Source: a virus
Taxonomy: Duplodnaviria > Caudoviricetes
DNA: 64,000 nucleotides
Strand: one strand, 5' to 3'
Virus record (IMG/VR): IMGVR_UViG_638276472_000001
Coordinates: 1 to 64,000 of that record
The notes beneath the pieces were generated by a model. It did not search any database and was not told the origin of the DNA. It worked only from the letters and a program-made list of their open reading frames with translations. Positions 38,377-47,793 of the stretch are shown one piece after another; the stretch's first letter is position 1, and every line of letters begins with the position of its first letter. Made by a program: the position numbers and the translations under genes.

Positions 38377-39341
38377 TGCGTGTAGCAGGTCAGTGGGTTG
38401 GCTGGGGCCTTGGGGATATCGATCCCAAGGTTCAGGATATGAAGCGCTTCCTCAAGCGCAAGTTCTCGTATGCCCGTGAGTCCCTTGATGATTCAGAGGT
38501 GTACGACGAGACCATGATGCGTGTCGTCATGCAGATGCAGGCCAACTATGGCGACCTAGACATCACGGGTGTGATGAACTACGCCACCCAGGTTCGCAGT
38601 GGTTACCTGAAGGTTGAGAAGCCGCCGCTTCCAACGCTTTACACCGTGCATGGCACTGGCGTGTCGATGTGGGACGGTCCCCCTGCGGACTGTGCTCGTC
38701 GCCTGCTGGACAAGTACCGCTGGCAGCCGGTGGGTAACTATCCCGCGTCCGCGTTCCCGATGTGGCCTTCCATTCAGGCTGGCTGCCTCGAATTGAATCG
38801 CCTGATCGAATCCACCCCAGGGAAGTTCACGCTTGCCGGGTACTCGCAGGGTGCCATGGTGACCAGCATCGTCTACAAGTACGACCTGCTGGACCCTATG
38901 GGCCGTCTGCATCATCGCCTCCCAGATTTCATGGGTGGTGTCACGTGGGGCAATCCGATGCGCGAGATGGGCAAGGCGTGGACCGATGGTGTCGGCGCGG
39001 TGGCAGGACAGAACAATGGCGGTATTGCGGAGGACCGCCTTGTCGGAACCCCTTGGAATTGGCGCGATTACGCACACAAGGGCGACCTGTACACTGACTG
39101 CGAGTTCGATGACGAGGGTGAGTACAAGCGCTCCGTGTGCAAGATTGTCATGGGGCATAACGTATTTGGTGGACCTGATTCGATTCTGCGTCAGGTGATC
39201 GAGCTGGGGCTTGACCCGTTCGGTGAGGCCATCCCGATGATCAAGGCTATCTCGGATGCGGGCATGTTCTTCATCAACCGCACCACGCCTCACATCAACT
39301 ACAACGTGGGTCCCGCAGTCGATTTTCTCGCAGGACTGTAG
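38376..39341 (+). CDS. lysB: lysin B (cutinase-like esterase)
   Basis: GYSQG, WGNPMR, GDLY motifs. Confidence 0.95.
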   Translation: MRVAGQWVGWGLGDIDPKVQDMKRFLKRKFSYARESLDDSEVYDETMMRVVMQMQANYGDLDITGVMNYATQVRSGYLKVEKPPLPTLYTVHGTGVSMWDGPPADCARRLLDKYRWQPVGNYPASAFPMWPSIQAGCLELNRLIESTPGKFTLAGYSQGAMVTSIVYKYDLLDPMGRLHHRLPDFMGGVTWGNPMREMGKAWTDGVGAVAGQNNGGIAEDRLVGTPWNWRDYAHKGDLYTDCEFDDEGEYKRSVCKIVMGHNVFGGPDSILRQVIELGLDPFGEAIPMIKAISDAGMFFINRTTPHINYNVGPAVDFLAGL

Positions 39342-39355
39342 GGTATGATTGTCGT

Positions 39356-39604
39356 ATGGACGTAACGATTTTCAGCAATCCCGGCTGCCGTCTCTGTGTA
39401 GCCACAAAGAACAAGTTCGAAACCAAGGGCATCCCCGTGCATGAGGTCGTCATTGACGAGCTTCCTGAGGAATATCAGGAACGGGTGAAGGGGATCGGCT
39501 ACACCGCTCTCCCCATCGTGATGGTGTACACCTCTGATGAAGATGAGGTTCCGGAAGTGTGGTCGGGTTACCGTCCTGAGATCATCCGAGAATTGGTAGC
39601 GTAG
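39356..39604 (+). CDS. nrdH: NrdH-like glutaredoxin
   Basis: CRLC, ALPIV, WSGYRPE; TATGAT 6 nt before ATG (leaderless). Confidence 0.9.
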   Translation: MDVTIFSNPGCRLCVATKNKFETKGIPVHEVVIDELPEEYQERVKGIGYTALPIVMVYTSDEDEVPEVWSGYRPEIIRELVA

Positions 39605-39631
39605 CGCCCTCTATTTGCCCCATAGACAGAA

Positions 39632-39673
39632 GAAACCCCCACCGGACGTGTGATCCGATGGGGGTAACTTTTT
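39632..39673. terminator. intrinsic terminator between convergent operons
   Basis: CCCCCA.CGGA/TCCG.TGGGGG hairpin with A-rich 5' and T-rich 3' flanks. Confidence 0.7.
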
Positions 39674-39679
39674 GGGAGC

Positions 39680-39985
39680 TTACAGCGTGATATCGGGGGG
39701 CATCTGGAACTTCGGGGGGATGCCCTCAGCCGCGCGAACCGCAGCGTCGCAGCCTTCCAGTGCCGCCACAATGGCGTCAGGGTTACCGTCCGCCGCGAGC
39801 AGAAGAGCCTTGTCCGCTTCCCAGCCGCCGACGACGAGGGCCAGTGCGGTGCCCATCGCGCGGAGCACATCCTGAAGCTCGGTGCCGATGCCCGTTGCCT
39901 GGGATGCGTGGTACATCTGGTTGATCCGAATGGCCAACTTGGACGCTTCGTCTACGATGCCCTTGTAGTCGTTCGCGGGGATCAT
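39680..39985 (-). CDS. helical hypothetical protein (paralog 3)
   Basis: 101 aa; ATGA overlap. Confidence 0.75.
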   Translation of the reverse strand: MIPANDYKGIVDEASKLAIRINQMYHASQATGIGTELQDVLRAMGTALALVVGGWEADKALLLAADGNPDAIVAALEGCDAAVRAAEGIPPKFQMPPDITL

Positions 39986-40254
39986 GAGCGTTCCGCCTTT
40001 CGCGCGACGGCTGCCGCCTCCACAATGCCGACGATCTTCTCCATGTCGTTCTCGGAGAGAAGCTGGAAGGCCTCAGTGGCGGTCTTGCCTGCGAGCACGA
40101 GGCTCAGCACGATGGTGGTGGCGTCCAGCGTCTTCAGCTTCGCGTGGCTGACTGGCGAATCGTCAACCGCCTCAATGGCTTCCGCAGCTTCAGTGTAGAC
40201 ACGAACGACCTGAGCAATCTGGCTCTGAAGGTTTTCGTACTTGGAATCACTCAT
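39982..40254 (-). CDS. helical hypothetical protein (paralog 2)
   Basis: 90 aa. Confidence 0.75.
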   Translation of the reverse strand: MSDSKYENLQSQIAQVVRVYTEAAEAIEAVDDSPVSHAKLKTLDATTIVLSLVLAGKTATEAFQLLSENDMEKIVGIVEAAAVARKAERS

Positions 40255-40546
40255 CGTTCAACAACTTTCGTAGTTCGTCGTCCAGGCCCGACGCTTCCCG
40301 TTGGGCCAACTTCTCTGCGCCGCGCTGAAGAATCGCCATACACGCTTCATGCCCAGCCTCCACGGCTTCGATTGCCTCGATGACATTCGCCCCGGCGACA
40401 ATCAGGTTGAGCACCCGCGCCGTACCGAAGAGAACTCCCGCCACCTTTTGGTCTCCCATGTGTGCAGCCACTCGTGCTGCCTCATAGGTTCCGAGGGCGA
40501 AGTCGGCAATCTCCGATTCGAGATCGGGGTTGATCAGCTCATTCAC
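40247..40546 (-). CDS. helical hypothetical protein (paralog 1)
   Basis: GTG start at GTGA overlap. Confidence 0.75.
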   Translation of the reverse strand: MNELINPDLESEIADFALGTYEAARVAAHMGDQKVAGVLFGTARVLNLIVAGANVIEAIEAVEAGHEACMAILQRGAEKLAQREASGLDDELRKLLNDE

Positions 40547-40776
40547 TGTTCGTACACCAGCAGCGCGGGGAATGCGTCGTCCCGCAGGTCGTCCACGGGG
40601 TGGATTTCGAACGGCGCTCCGACGAAGTACCACTGCCCGCTGATGTTCTGCAACGCCATGTCGGCGCGCATGTCGCTGTCGGGGATGGTGGTGTTGACCC
40701 CGATGATGACGACGGAGCCTACGGGCAGCGCCTCCAGCTCAGCGGCGCTTGCGATTTCACGATTCAACGCACCCAT
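40543..40776 (-). CDS. hypothetical protein
   Basis: ELEALPVGSVV motif common in actinophages. Confidence 0.75.
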   Translation of the reverse strand: MGALNREIASAAELEALPVGSVVIIGVNTTIPDSDMRADMALQNISGQWYFVGAPFEIHPVDDLRDDAFPALLVYEQ

Positions 40777-41513
40777 GATTTCGCCTTCCAGAAGTCCAAG
40801 TACATGTCAGTCACCAGGTCGGTGACCTCTTCCTCGCTCACCCTATCAGGCACGTCGGTCTCGAAAACTGCTTTATCTAGCATGTCTAACGATAGATCGA
40901 CGTAAGTCTCGACGGCGTCGAGAGCTACCCTCCCGCAACGGATGTCGAGCAGCAGGTCACGCATGGTCTGCGTCATGGGGAGGTAGAGTTCCCCACATGT
41001 GAGAAGTTCAGTAGCCTGAACCCCAATGCGCACAGCGTGATACGCGGCCTTGGGGTCGTATTCCCTTTCCAGCCGCTTCTTCTGCGAGAAGAGATACCCG
41101 GTGGCCGAGACGGCAAGTTGCTTGGTGATGAACATCTTTCGATATCCCCGAAGCCGGGTGCCCAGATAGTCGATGATGTGTACCTTGTCCATGGGCGTCC
41201 ACAGCATGGTGATGGCTCCGAAGTCACCCTTGCACGCCAGCCTGGCCCAGCTTCTCAGCGTGTAGATGGTGCCCTCTGTCGATCCCGGTGGGGTCTTTGC
41301 GTATTCGGGGATGGGATTGCCCGATGGGCCAGTGCGGAAACGGTAACTCTGAAAGTTCTTGTGGGGACTGAACACAACCGATGGGGATTCGATACACACA
41401 CCCTTGAGGTCCACGTCCGAGGTGGGGAGATCGGTCCCCATTACGGTAGAGCCGGTTTCGGCGAGGTAGATCAAGCCTTCGCAGGCGATCTGAGAACTCG
41501 TGGGATCACTCAT
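40764..41513 (-). CDS. pol-beta superfamily nucleotidyltransferase (RlaP / Nuc-transf-like)
   Basis: GSTVMGT..PTSDVDLKGV, GYL.SQ, YDPK.AYHAVR, LLDIR.G. Confidence 0.85.
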   Translation of the reverse strand: MSDPTSSQIACEGLIYLAETGSTVMGTDLPTSDVDLKGVCIESPSVVFSPHKNFQSYRFRTGPSGNPIPEYAKTPPGSTEGTIYTLRSWARLACKGDFGAITMLWTPMDKVHIIDYLGTRLRGYRKMFITKQLAVSATGYLFSQKKRLEREYDPKAAYHAVRIGVQATELLTCGELYLPMTQTMRDLLLDIRCGRVALDAVETYVDLSLDMLDKAVFETDVPDRVSEEEVTDLVTDMYLDFWKAKSWVR

Positions 41514-41772
41514 CTTCCAGCTCCCTGATCGCGGCTGACAACATGTCACGGATGCCCCGCAACTCTTCCAGATCCAGCCTTCCGCACACCCATCCCTGAG
41601 TGCCAGAACTGTTGGTGCGCTTGAACTCCACAATCTTTCCGTACTGCCGAGCGTCAAAGGAGTTTTCGGGAAGCTTGATGATCTGCCAGTGCTCTTCCCC
41701 AACCCACTCGTTGTTGTTGTGGATGTAGAGAGCGACAACGTTCTCTCCAAACTGATTCTGGTACTGGCTCAT
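41506..41772 (-). CDS. hypothetical protein
   Basis: 88 aa, leaderless from GAAAA-box promoter. Confidence 0.75.
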   Translation of the reverse strand: MSQYQNQFGENVVALYIHNNNEWVGEEHWQIIKLPENSFDARQYGKIVEFKRTNSSGTQGWVCGRLDLEELRGIRDMLSAAIRELEDE

Positions 41773-41801
41773 GGGTGGGAGGTTACCTCGTTTCGTTTTT
41801 C
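41773..41801 (-). promoter_or_regulatory. GAAAA-box promoter (GAAAAACGAA-N6-TAACCT-N7-ATG)
   Basis: Repeated motif with fixed spacing. Confidence 0.75.
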
Positions 41802-42090
41802 GCGCCCGCGCCTAGTAGCGTTCCCCTGTTTCGTAACGACGGCAACGTGATCAACCGGAAGCTTGCGTACCCGTCTTCTGTCATTCCCTCATCCCTAGCT
41901 CGAAGAAGGTAAGTAGCTACGTCACTTGACCTTGGCTGCTCTCCCGCGCCGCGCGGCGCAAGCTCACACTCGCTTCGCTCGGCTCGGGTCGTGCTTCGCA
42001 CTCATCCTCTACGCGAGTATCTAAGACGAACGACCGTTCGATAGGAATGATTTCCCAGCTCAAGCCACGTAGTGACCGTTGTCTCAAGGT

Positions 42091-42119
42091 GAATGCTGAG
42101 CCGCCCTAGCATATGAGAC
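42091..42119 (+). promoter_or_regulatory. degenerate GAAAA-box promoter (GAATGCTGAG-N6-TAGCAT-N7-ATG)
   Basis: Same spacing; first gene of rightward operon. Confidence 0.6.
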
Positions 42120-42419
42120 ATGTTGAACTTTGCAGGACAGCAGATCGCAAGGAACGACTTCATCGGACAGGTGGCCCGCACCAACCAGGGCCTACGCCGC
42201 CGCATTGGAGTTGTCTTGGGCGACACCATGGGTGAGTACAAGGGTCAGCCGCAACCTCAGCTCCGTGTCATCTGGGCCGAGTACGATCAGACCACCAAGC
42301 GCTGGGACATCTCGAATGGTGTTGTGGCACCGGAGAATGTGTTCAAGCTGGAGCCAAGCACGCTGCCCCCGACGACGGTTCGCGGTCTCAAGATCGCAGC
42401 CGCTCGGGGATACGCGTGA
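42120..42419 (+). CDS. SH3/KOW-like hypothetical protein
   Basis: 99 aa; similar to 54088-54378. Confidence 0.75.
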   Translation: MLNFAGQQIARNDFIGQVARTNQGLRRRIGVVLGDTMGEYKGQPQPQLRVIWAEYDQTTKRWDISNGVVAPENVFKLEPSTLPPTTVRGLKIAAARGYA

Positions 42420-42661
42420 ACCCTGAACGACGCATCACGGAAATCATCGAGGCCCACCAGCCTGACGAGCATGCCGGTCACCTAGCCAACGAACGTTGGT
42501 GTAAAGGCTGCCCGCGCAACTCATTTCGCGTTTGGCCCTGGTCTGAGTTCCCCGCTCACCAGGCAGAGATGATCATGAACGAACTAGGCATTCACCGTGT
42601 GCGTCACAGCTTTTGGTCCTGGGGACGCAGGAAAACACGACACTATTGGAGACTCCGATGA
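42416..42661 (+). CDS. hypothetical protein
   Basis: I..H....C.GC......H.A motif; 4-bp overlaps. Confidence 0.7.
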   Translation: MNPERRITEIIEAHQPDEHAGHLANERWCKGCPRNSFRVWPWSEFPAHQAEMIMNELGIHRVRHSFWSWGRRKTRHYWRLR

Positions 42662-43023
42662 GCGACGAACCGATCTACTATGAGTGGGAGCGCCGCACCG
42701 ATGGCCCGCCCTGGTCTGTCAGGGATTGGCAGGGACGGTGGCATGACTTCGACACCGAGGAAGATCAACTCGCCTTCATTGAGCGCGACAAGCGAATGCT
42801 CGCAGCGGCTTCCGCAGATGCTCGTGCCGATGTGGTGGTGCAGATGACCCAGGCGTTCGAAAACCAACCGGATGTAGACTCTGGGCATGCCGAACAAGCA
42901 GTTGACCACACGGGCCAAGCTGAAGCGCAAAGAGCGGGAGCTGGGCGTCAAGGCAACCGACAATCCCGACGACGTTCGCGCCGTCTTGCAAACAGCAAGA
43001 AGGCTTCTGGCAGACGGCGATGA
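42658..43023 (+). CDS. hypothetical protein
   Basis: GGAG SD; 3' 137 bp overlaps next gene. Confidence 0.6.
   Translation: MSDEPIYYEWERRTDGPPWSVRDWQGRWHDFDTEEDQLAFIERDKRMLAAASADARADVVVQMTQAFENQPDVDSGHAEQAVDHTGQAEAQRAGAGRQGNRQSRRRSRRLANSKKASGRRR
42859..42886 (+). promoter_or_regulatory. GAAAA-box promoter (GAAAACCAAC-N6-TAGACT-N6-ATG)
   Basis: Same spacing, embedded in upstream ORF. Confidence 0.65.
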
Positions 43024-43324
43024 GCTTCTGAAAGACGGGTGGCAGGAAGTCCGTTCACGTGGCAAGCCGACCGTCTACTCTGTCGATGGCGCGGTGCGTA
43101 AGGCTCTCGACCTGGCCCACCCGCACAACCGGGACAAGACCTGGTGGGCTGTGAAGTATGCGCTGGAAAACGCGATTCACGAACACTTCCCCGACCGGAG
43201 TGGGATACTCCACTTCAACAGCCACCCTGATACGACCCTTGCCGAGGCTATCACTGTCTTCGACAGCGCCATTAAGGCAATGGGCCGCATCCAGGTGGCC
43301 GTGAGCAAAGCGAAAGGACGATGA
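42887..43324 (+). CDS. hypothetical protein
   Basis: VL..AR.LL...GW......GAV......FN.HP.TT..E.I..FD.AI. Confidence 0.8.
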   Translation: MPNKQLTTRAKLKRKERELGVKATDNPDDVRAVLQTARRLLADGDELLKDGWQEVRSRGKPTVYSVDGAVRKALDLAHPHNRDKTWWAVKYALENAIHEHFPDRSGILHFNSHPDTTLAEAITVFDSAIKAMGRIQVAVSKAKGR

Positions 43325-43956
43325 TGCGTTCAAGTGACAACTGTGCAGACCTTCTCACCGCATTGGCGAAGGCGCGCACAGAGATTGGTCCCGTCGAGAA
43401 GAGCGCTCAGAACCCGTTCTTCAACTCGTCGTACATGACGCTGGACGACATCATGGACGCGGTTCAGCCGGTGTTGGCGAAGAACGGTCTGTCAGTGTCA
43501 CAGTGGCCGGATCAGTCGGTGAACGGTGAGCCTGCGCTGACAACCCTTCTCTTCCATGAGCCTTCGGGTCAGTACGTTCAGGCGACGGCAACGCTGGTGC
43601 TGGGCAAGAAGGACCCCCAGGCTGAGGGTTCGGCGATCACCTACCTTCGTCGCTACGCCTATGTGTCGATTCTGGGCATCAAGGGTGTGGAGCCTGACGA
43701 CGACGGCAACTATGCGTCCCAGTCGGACAAGAAGGTGACCCGCACCGGCAAGGTGGCTGACGAGTCGAATGCGTCGGCTGAGGTGACCCGTCTCCGTAAG
43801 GAATTGGAGGTCGCCGCGAAGGCTGCCGGGTTGACGAGCGCAGCTCTGGCCAAGGGTTACCATGATCGGTACGGCGCGGATTACAAGCGGGACAACGATG
43901 AGACGCATCTTGCCGCTGCCCTGACTGAGATGCAGTTGAGGGTTAAGAGTGAGTGA
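43321..43956 (+). CDS. erf: ERF-family single-strand annealing recombinase
   Basis: NPFFNSSY.TLDDI, DPQAEGSAITYLRRY, DDDG. Confidence 0.92.
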   Translation: MMRSSDNCADLLTALAKARTEIGPVEKSAQNPFFNSSYMTLDDIMDAVQPVLAKNGLSVSQWPDQSVNGEPALTTLLFHEPSGQYVQATATLVLGKKDPQAEGSAITYLRRYAYVSILGIKGVEPDDDGNYASQSDKKVTRTGKVADESNASAEVTRLRKELEVAAKAAGLTSAALAKGYHDRYGADYKRDNDETHLAAALTEMQLRVKSE

Positions 43957-44293
43957 CATGCCTGTCGATAAGATGCCGTCCTGGCTCCCAGATCGCATCG
44001 CTGAGTATTTGAATAACTTTCTGGAGGAGCACCATCCGGTTTACGCCCCGACGTTGGGAAAGTTGGATGATGAAGGTTACTTCGAGGTCGTCGCCGAACA
44101 GGACGAGGGCACGTCGCGGTGGTCGCGGTACTACACGCTGGTCATCATGGGTCCGTATGGTTCACTGTGGGGCGTGGACTGCGAGGAGGGCCTGACGGAG
44201 TATCAGGACGTGGAAGAATGGAAGCTTTCTGATCCGTATCCCGTTGTGGCAGTTCCGGTTACGACCGTGACATACAAGAAAAAGGAAGCCTGA
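43949..44293 (+). CDS. hypothetical protein
   Basis: SRWS, GLTEYQ motif. Confidence 0.75.
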   Translation: MSDMPVDKMPSWLPDRIAEYLNNFLEEHHPVYAPTLGKLDDEGYFEVVAEQDEGTSRWSRYYTLVIMGPYGSLWGVDCEEGLTEYQDVEEWKLSDPYPVVAVPVTTVTYKKKEA

Positions 44294-44496
44294 TGCTCTA
44301 CCTTCTAGGGCTGCTGGGGTTGCACCGCGTGAAGATCGTCTACAAGTCGGGCCACGTCGAGAAGTTCTTTGCGCACGAGTTCGAGTGGAAGCGTAATGGG
44401 TCTAACGTCTCTGCTACGTGGAAGTCTGTCGCATTGTGCAAGCGTCCCATGGATCTTCATCTTGATGAGATCGAGTCCGTCTGGCAGCTTTGGTGA
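44293..44496 (+). CDS. hypothetical protein
   Basis: TGATG coupling; 67 aa. Confidence 0.7.
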   Translation: MLYLLGLLGLHRVKIVYKSGHVEKFFAHEFEWKRNGSNVSATWKSVALCKRPMDLHLDEIESVWQLW

Positions 44497-44522
44497 AAAA
44501 CGATGCGTGTTAGGGTATTTCC
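44495..44522 (+). promoter_or_regulatory. GAAAA-box promoter (GAAAAACGAT-N6-TAGGGT-N6-ATG)
   Basis: Repeated motif with fixed spacing. Confidence 0.75.
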
Positions 44523-45428
44523 ATGACCGACTACAACATCCCGCGCGAGGACAACAAATGGCGTCGTCCTCTGCTGTATCCCCCGAACGGGGATAAGCGG
44601 GTTGCGTATTCGCGTCCATCCACACTGGCCAAGGACATTGATTCCAAGGATGGTCTAATCCCTTGGGAGCAAACGATGGTCGCCATGGGCTTGGCGAAGT
44701 CGAAGTATCTCTACAATCGAGTGCAGGGCATCTTGGCGCGTGGTGGCAGTTGGGATACCGACAAGGCCGAGTTCAAGTCCATCATGGATGACGCGAAGAA
44801 CGCGGCACAGTGGAAGGCCCAGGCGGATCGTGGCACGTCAATTCACGACCTGACCGACGCTGCGGAGCGAGGCATCCTCGACTGGCGTTACGTGGATGAT
44901 GATCTGAAGCCGGTGATCGAATCCTACATGGAGGACATCGTTCCGCACTTCACTTATCTGGCTACGGAATGCTTTGTGGCTATTGACAAGCCGATTGAAA
45001 TCCCGGGTAAGCGCAAGTCGGTTCTTCGCGCGGCGGGTTCGGTGGACAGGGTGTGTGAGTTCGATGGCAAGCGATACATTGTCGATGTCAAGTCCGGTCG
45101 GGACGATATGTTCCGGACTTCTGTCTGTGGTCAGCTCTACCTCTATTCGCGTGGCTGGCTTTACCGTGACGATCTCGTTCACGCGAATTCCGAAATCACC
45201 TGGGCGGACTGGAGATACGATGGGGTCAACCCGTCGGCGCGCGCGGAACTTGGCGTTGAGCAGGATCGAGCTATCATGCTTCAGGCACCCAAGGTGCCCG
45301 ACCGCGATGGCACTTGGCGCTGGAAGACCTTTTGGATTCCGCTTGATCGTGGCGAACAGGTGATCATGGCGGGCCAGTACATGCGGAAGGCGCGCTACAT
45401 CCCCGAGTTCAAGCGAGTGGAGTTCTGA
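44523..45428 (+). CDS. PD-(D/E)XK exonuclease (RecE/Cas4-like)
   Basis: RGTSIH, AGSVDR, IVDVKSG, QL.LY. Confidence 0.85.
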   Translation: MTDYNIPREDNKWRRPLLYPPNGDKRVAYSRPSTLAKDIDSKDGLIPWEQTMVAMGLAKSKYLYNRVQGILARGGSWDTDKAEFKSIMDDAKNAAQWKAQADRGTSIHDLTDAAERGILDWRYVDDDLKPVIESYMEDIVPHFTYLATECFVAIDKPIEIPGKRKSVLRAAGSVDRVCEFDGKRYIVDVKSGRDDMFRTSVCGQLYLYSRGWLYRDDLVHANSEITWADWRYDGVNPSARAELGVEQDRAIMLQAPKVPDRDGTWRWKTFWIPLDRGEQVIMAGQYMRKARYIPEFKRVEF

Positions 45429-45985
45429 TGCCTCAGGGTGGCGTGTACGGTGATGACTACCGGCCTACTTACCAACTTATCGTCTCCGGTGAGTTGAACG
45501 CAGAGAGCGTGGACTTTTATCTCGCAACGCTTTTCGAGTGGGACCAGGAAGACCCCGAAGCGACATGGAAGATCCTCATCAACTGTCCCGGTGGTGAAAC
45601 TGAGTCTGGCACAGCGCTTTACGAGGAGCTGTGTGCCTACTCCCGACGCGGGGGCGGAACCCACGAGATCGTGACGGTGGCTGCCGGTCAGTGCGCATCC
45701 ATGGCGACGTTGCTGATGCAGGCTGGCGACTGGCGGGTCTCTGGTGAGGCTACCACCTGGCTTTTCCATATGCCCGAGACGGGCGTGGGGGAGACGATGC
45801 AGACCATGGCAGACGCTGCGGCTGATCTGGATCATCTGAAGAAGTGGATGAAGATCACCGACGCAATGCTGTTGGAGCGTACCAATTTGACCCCCGACTG
45901 CTATTACAAGCAGATCACGGGAGGTATGTGGCTTTTGACCGGCCATGCTGCCAAGACATACGGCTTCGTGGACGAGGTGCGATGA
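45428..45985 (+). CDS. clpP: ClpP-like protease subunit
   Basis: INCPGG, CASMA (Ser), LFH (His), YGFVDEV. Confidence 0.88.
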   Translation: MPQGGVYGDDYRPTYQLIVSGELNAESVDFYLATLFEWDQEDPEATWKILINCPGGETESGTALYEELCAYSRRGGGTHEIVTVAAGQCASMATLLMQAGDWRVSGEATTWLFHMPETGVGETMQTMADAAADLDHLKKWMKITDAMLLERTNLTPDCYYKQITGGMWLLTGHAAKTYGFVDEVR

Positions 45986-46055
45986 TGAAAGTCGTTGTGA
46001 CATAACGATGTTCCGAAGAAGTATGAATCAAAGAAAGCGAACGAAAGGTGCAATC

Positions 46056-46298
46056 ATGGCTGAGATCGATTACACGGACGACAACTTGAACATCTACCTC
46101 GCGGATACCGAGTACGTCCAGAACACTGAGCAGTTGATGGAAGCTCTCACGGGTTCGGCGGTCGGTATCGTGCTCTCCCACATCGCGGAGAAGCTGGGTG
46201 TGGATGTGGCTCTGAACCTGTACGGCAGCATCCCGCACGACCGGATTGTGAACCGTGCCCACCAGGCGGCTGAGGCGCAGCGCGTCCGCTTCTCGTGA
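46056..46298 (+). CDS. hypothetical protein
   Basis: GAAAGG SD. Confidence 0.7.
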   Translation: MAEIDYTDDNLNIYLADTEYVQNTEQLMEALTGSAVGIVLSHIAEKLGVDVALNLYGSIPHDRIVNRAHQAAEAQRVRFS

Positions 46299-46588
46299 TG
46301 GAATACGAGTTTCCCAAGCAGTACCGCGTCAGGTCGATTCCTATCGCGGCGATGCAGTGGCGGGGTACCAACCTCACGTCTCTTCGGGCGTGGGGTGCCC
46401 CTGTCATTATGGATGGGGATACCGGCAAGCTGTCGCTGTTCGACCAGACGGGCGAGTGGGTTGAGCTTTCGCTGAGGGATTACGTCATCAAGACGAATTC
46501 CGGTTGGGCCAAGCTGAATTGGCTCACATTTGAAGAAACGTACCAAGAGGTCACTGATGCCGATTTTGACACCCCAGAACATCGTTGA
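46295..46588 (+). CDS. hypothetical protein (PGDYG-like)
   Basis: I.AMQW.G.N ... DYVIK ... FEETY. Confidence 0.75.
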   Translation: MMEYEFPKQYRVRSIPIAAMQWRGTNLTSLRAWGAPVIMDGDTGKLSLFDQTGEWVELSLRDYVIKTNSGWAKLNWLTFEETYQEVTDADFDTPEHR

Positions 46589-46940
46589 CGCCCTACACAA
46601 GGCGGACAAGGAACTGGATGAGCTTGTGACGCAGTTCGTTTGGTTCAAGGCCCAGAAGGAATGGTGGGAAGGCCAGCTTGAGTACAAGCTCGCCCGATCT
46701 AAGGTGCTGGACACTGGCGCTGCCACCAAGTCCAAGGAGGCCGCGATCAAGTGGGTGCGCGAGAACGAGATCGTCAAGGTGTCGTGGCTCGGTGACATGC
46801 TCATGTCTCTGCATGACTTCGTGCAGTACTGTTCGACCAGTTTCGACCTGATTGCCAAGAAGTACAACGCTTTAGAGACGCACATCATGATCTTGACGGT
46901 CGTGAACAAGAATGTGATGCAGGACTACACGAGGAGCTGA
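46557..46940 (+). CDS. coiled-coil hypothetical protein
   Basis: GAGG SD; helical. Confidence 0.7.
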   Translation: MPILTPQNIVDALHKADKELDELVTQFVWFKAQKEWWEGQLEYKLARSKVLDTGAATKSKEAAIKWVRENEIVKVSWLGDMLMSLHDFVQYCSTSFDLIAKKYNALETHIMILTVVNKNVMQDYTRS

Positions 46941-46946
46941 TGGCTA

Positions 46947-47348
46947 ATGAGCCTGTGGAGTAAGTTCCATGACTTCATGGAGCATGGTCGCCCCGTTCCC
47001 CCACCTGCCGCGCCACCTCCCGGTCCTGGATTTGTCCCGCAACAATTCTCGCTGTATGTGCCGTTCTGGCTGCAAGAGAATGTGCGGATCACGATGCGGA
47101 TGCTTGGCCAGAACAGCCAGGTCTCACCGGAGATGCGCGAGTACGTCAACGCGTGGCTGGATGAGTATGACGCCCAGCTCATGGAATGGCTCAAGGAGTC
47201 GTACGGAGAAGGCGTTGGGGCACTTGCTGATACGATCACCAGGGATGTGTTCGAGCAGCAGAAGAAGGCTGCCGACGAGGGGATGCAGGCGCATGTGGAC
47301 GAGGCCATTCAGAACCTCGAAGAGCAGTTCAGGGACGACGATGAATGA
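46947..47348 (+). CDS. hypothetical protein
   Basis: AGGAG SD; 133 aa. Confidence 0.75.
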   Translation: MSLWSKFHDFMEHGRPVPPPAAPPPGPGFVPQQFSLYVPFWLQENVRITMRMLGQNSQVSPEMREYVNAWLDEYDAQLMEWLKESYGEGVGALADTITRDVFEQQKKAADEGMQAHVDEAIQNLEEQFRDDDE

Positions 47349-47793
47349 CCCGCTGATTCCGCTCTCGATTTCCGAGATTGTTTACGTCGCACTGTCTGTA
47401 GCGCAACAGTCCTCAAACTTGGACGACCGTACCAAAGAGAACATTGGGCTGATCCTGACCTCATACCGCACGAAGCGGGACACCTATCTGACATCTCGGG
47501 GCATTTCCGCCGAGGATATTTCCGAAATCACTGCCGCCGCTGCGGAAGCCATGGCGAACTGGTTGGATGACCGTGCGCTCAAGGCCGATCTGGCTGAGGG
47601 CATCATGGACGAATTCGAAAGGGACTTCAGTGAATCCCAAGCGCAAGATCGTAATCAAGGTGCCACGTCACGTCGGCGAGAAGAGGTCGAAGGTGACGAC
47701 GGCGATTGGGGACCTGACGACATCGCCCCCCCAGGTGGTGGATGGGACCCTGGTGGCGGGGCGGCTGATCCTGGTGGCCAGGGGAATTCCTGA
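47341..47793 (+). CDS. hypothetical protein
   Basis: MNDPLIPLS; 3' part overlaps next ORF by 164 bp. Confidence 0.65.
   Translation: MNDPLIPLSISEIVYVALSVAQQSSNLDDRTKENIGLILTSYRTKRDTYLTSRGISAEDISEITAAAAEAMANWLDDRALKADLAEGIMDEFERDFSESQAQDRNQGATSRRREEVEGDDGDWGPDDIAPPGGGWDPGGGAADPGGQGNS

Noticed and set aside
41783-42001. 72-aa minus-strand ORF in the divergent region
   Set aside because: Overlaps the leftward promoter and repeats; weak coding signal
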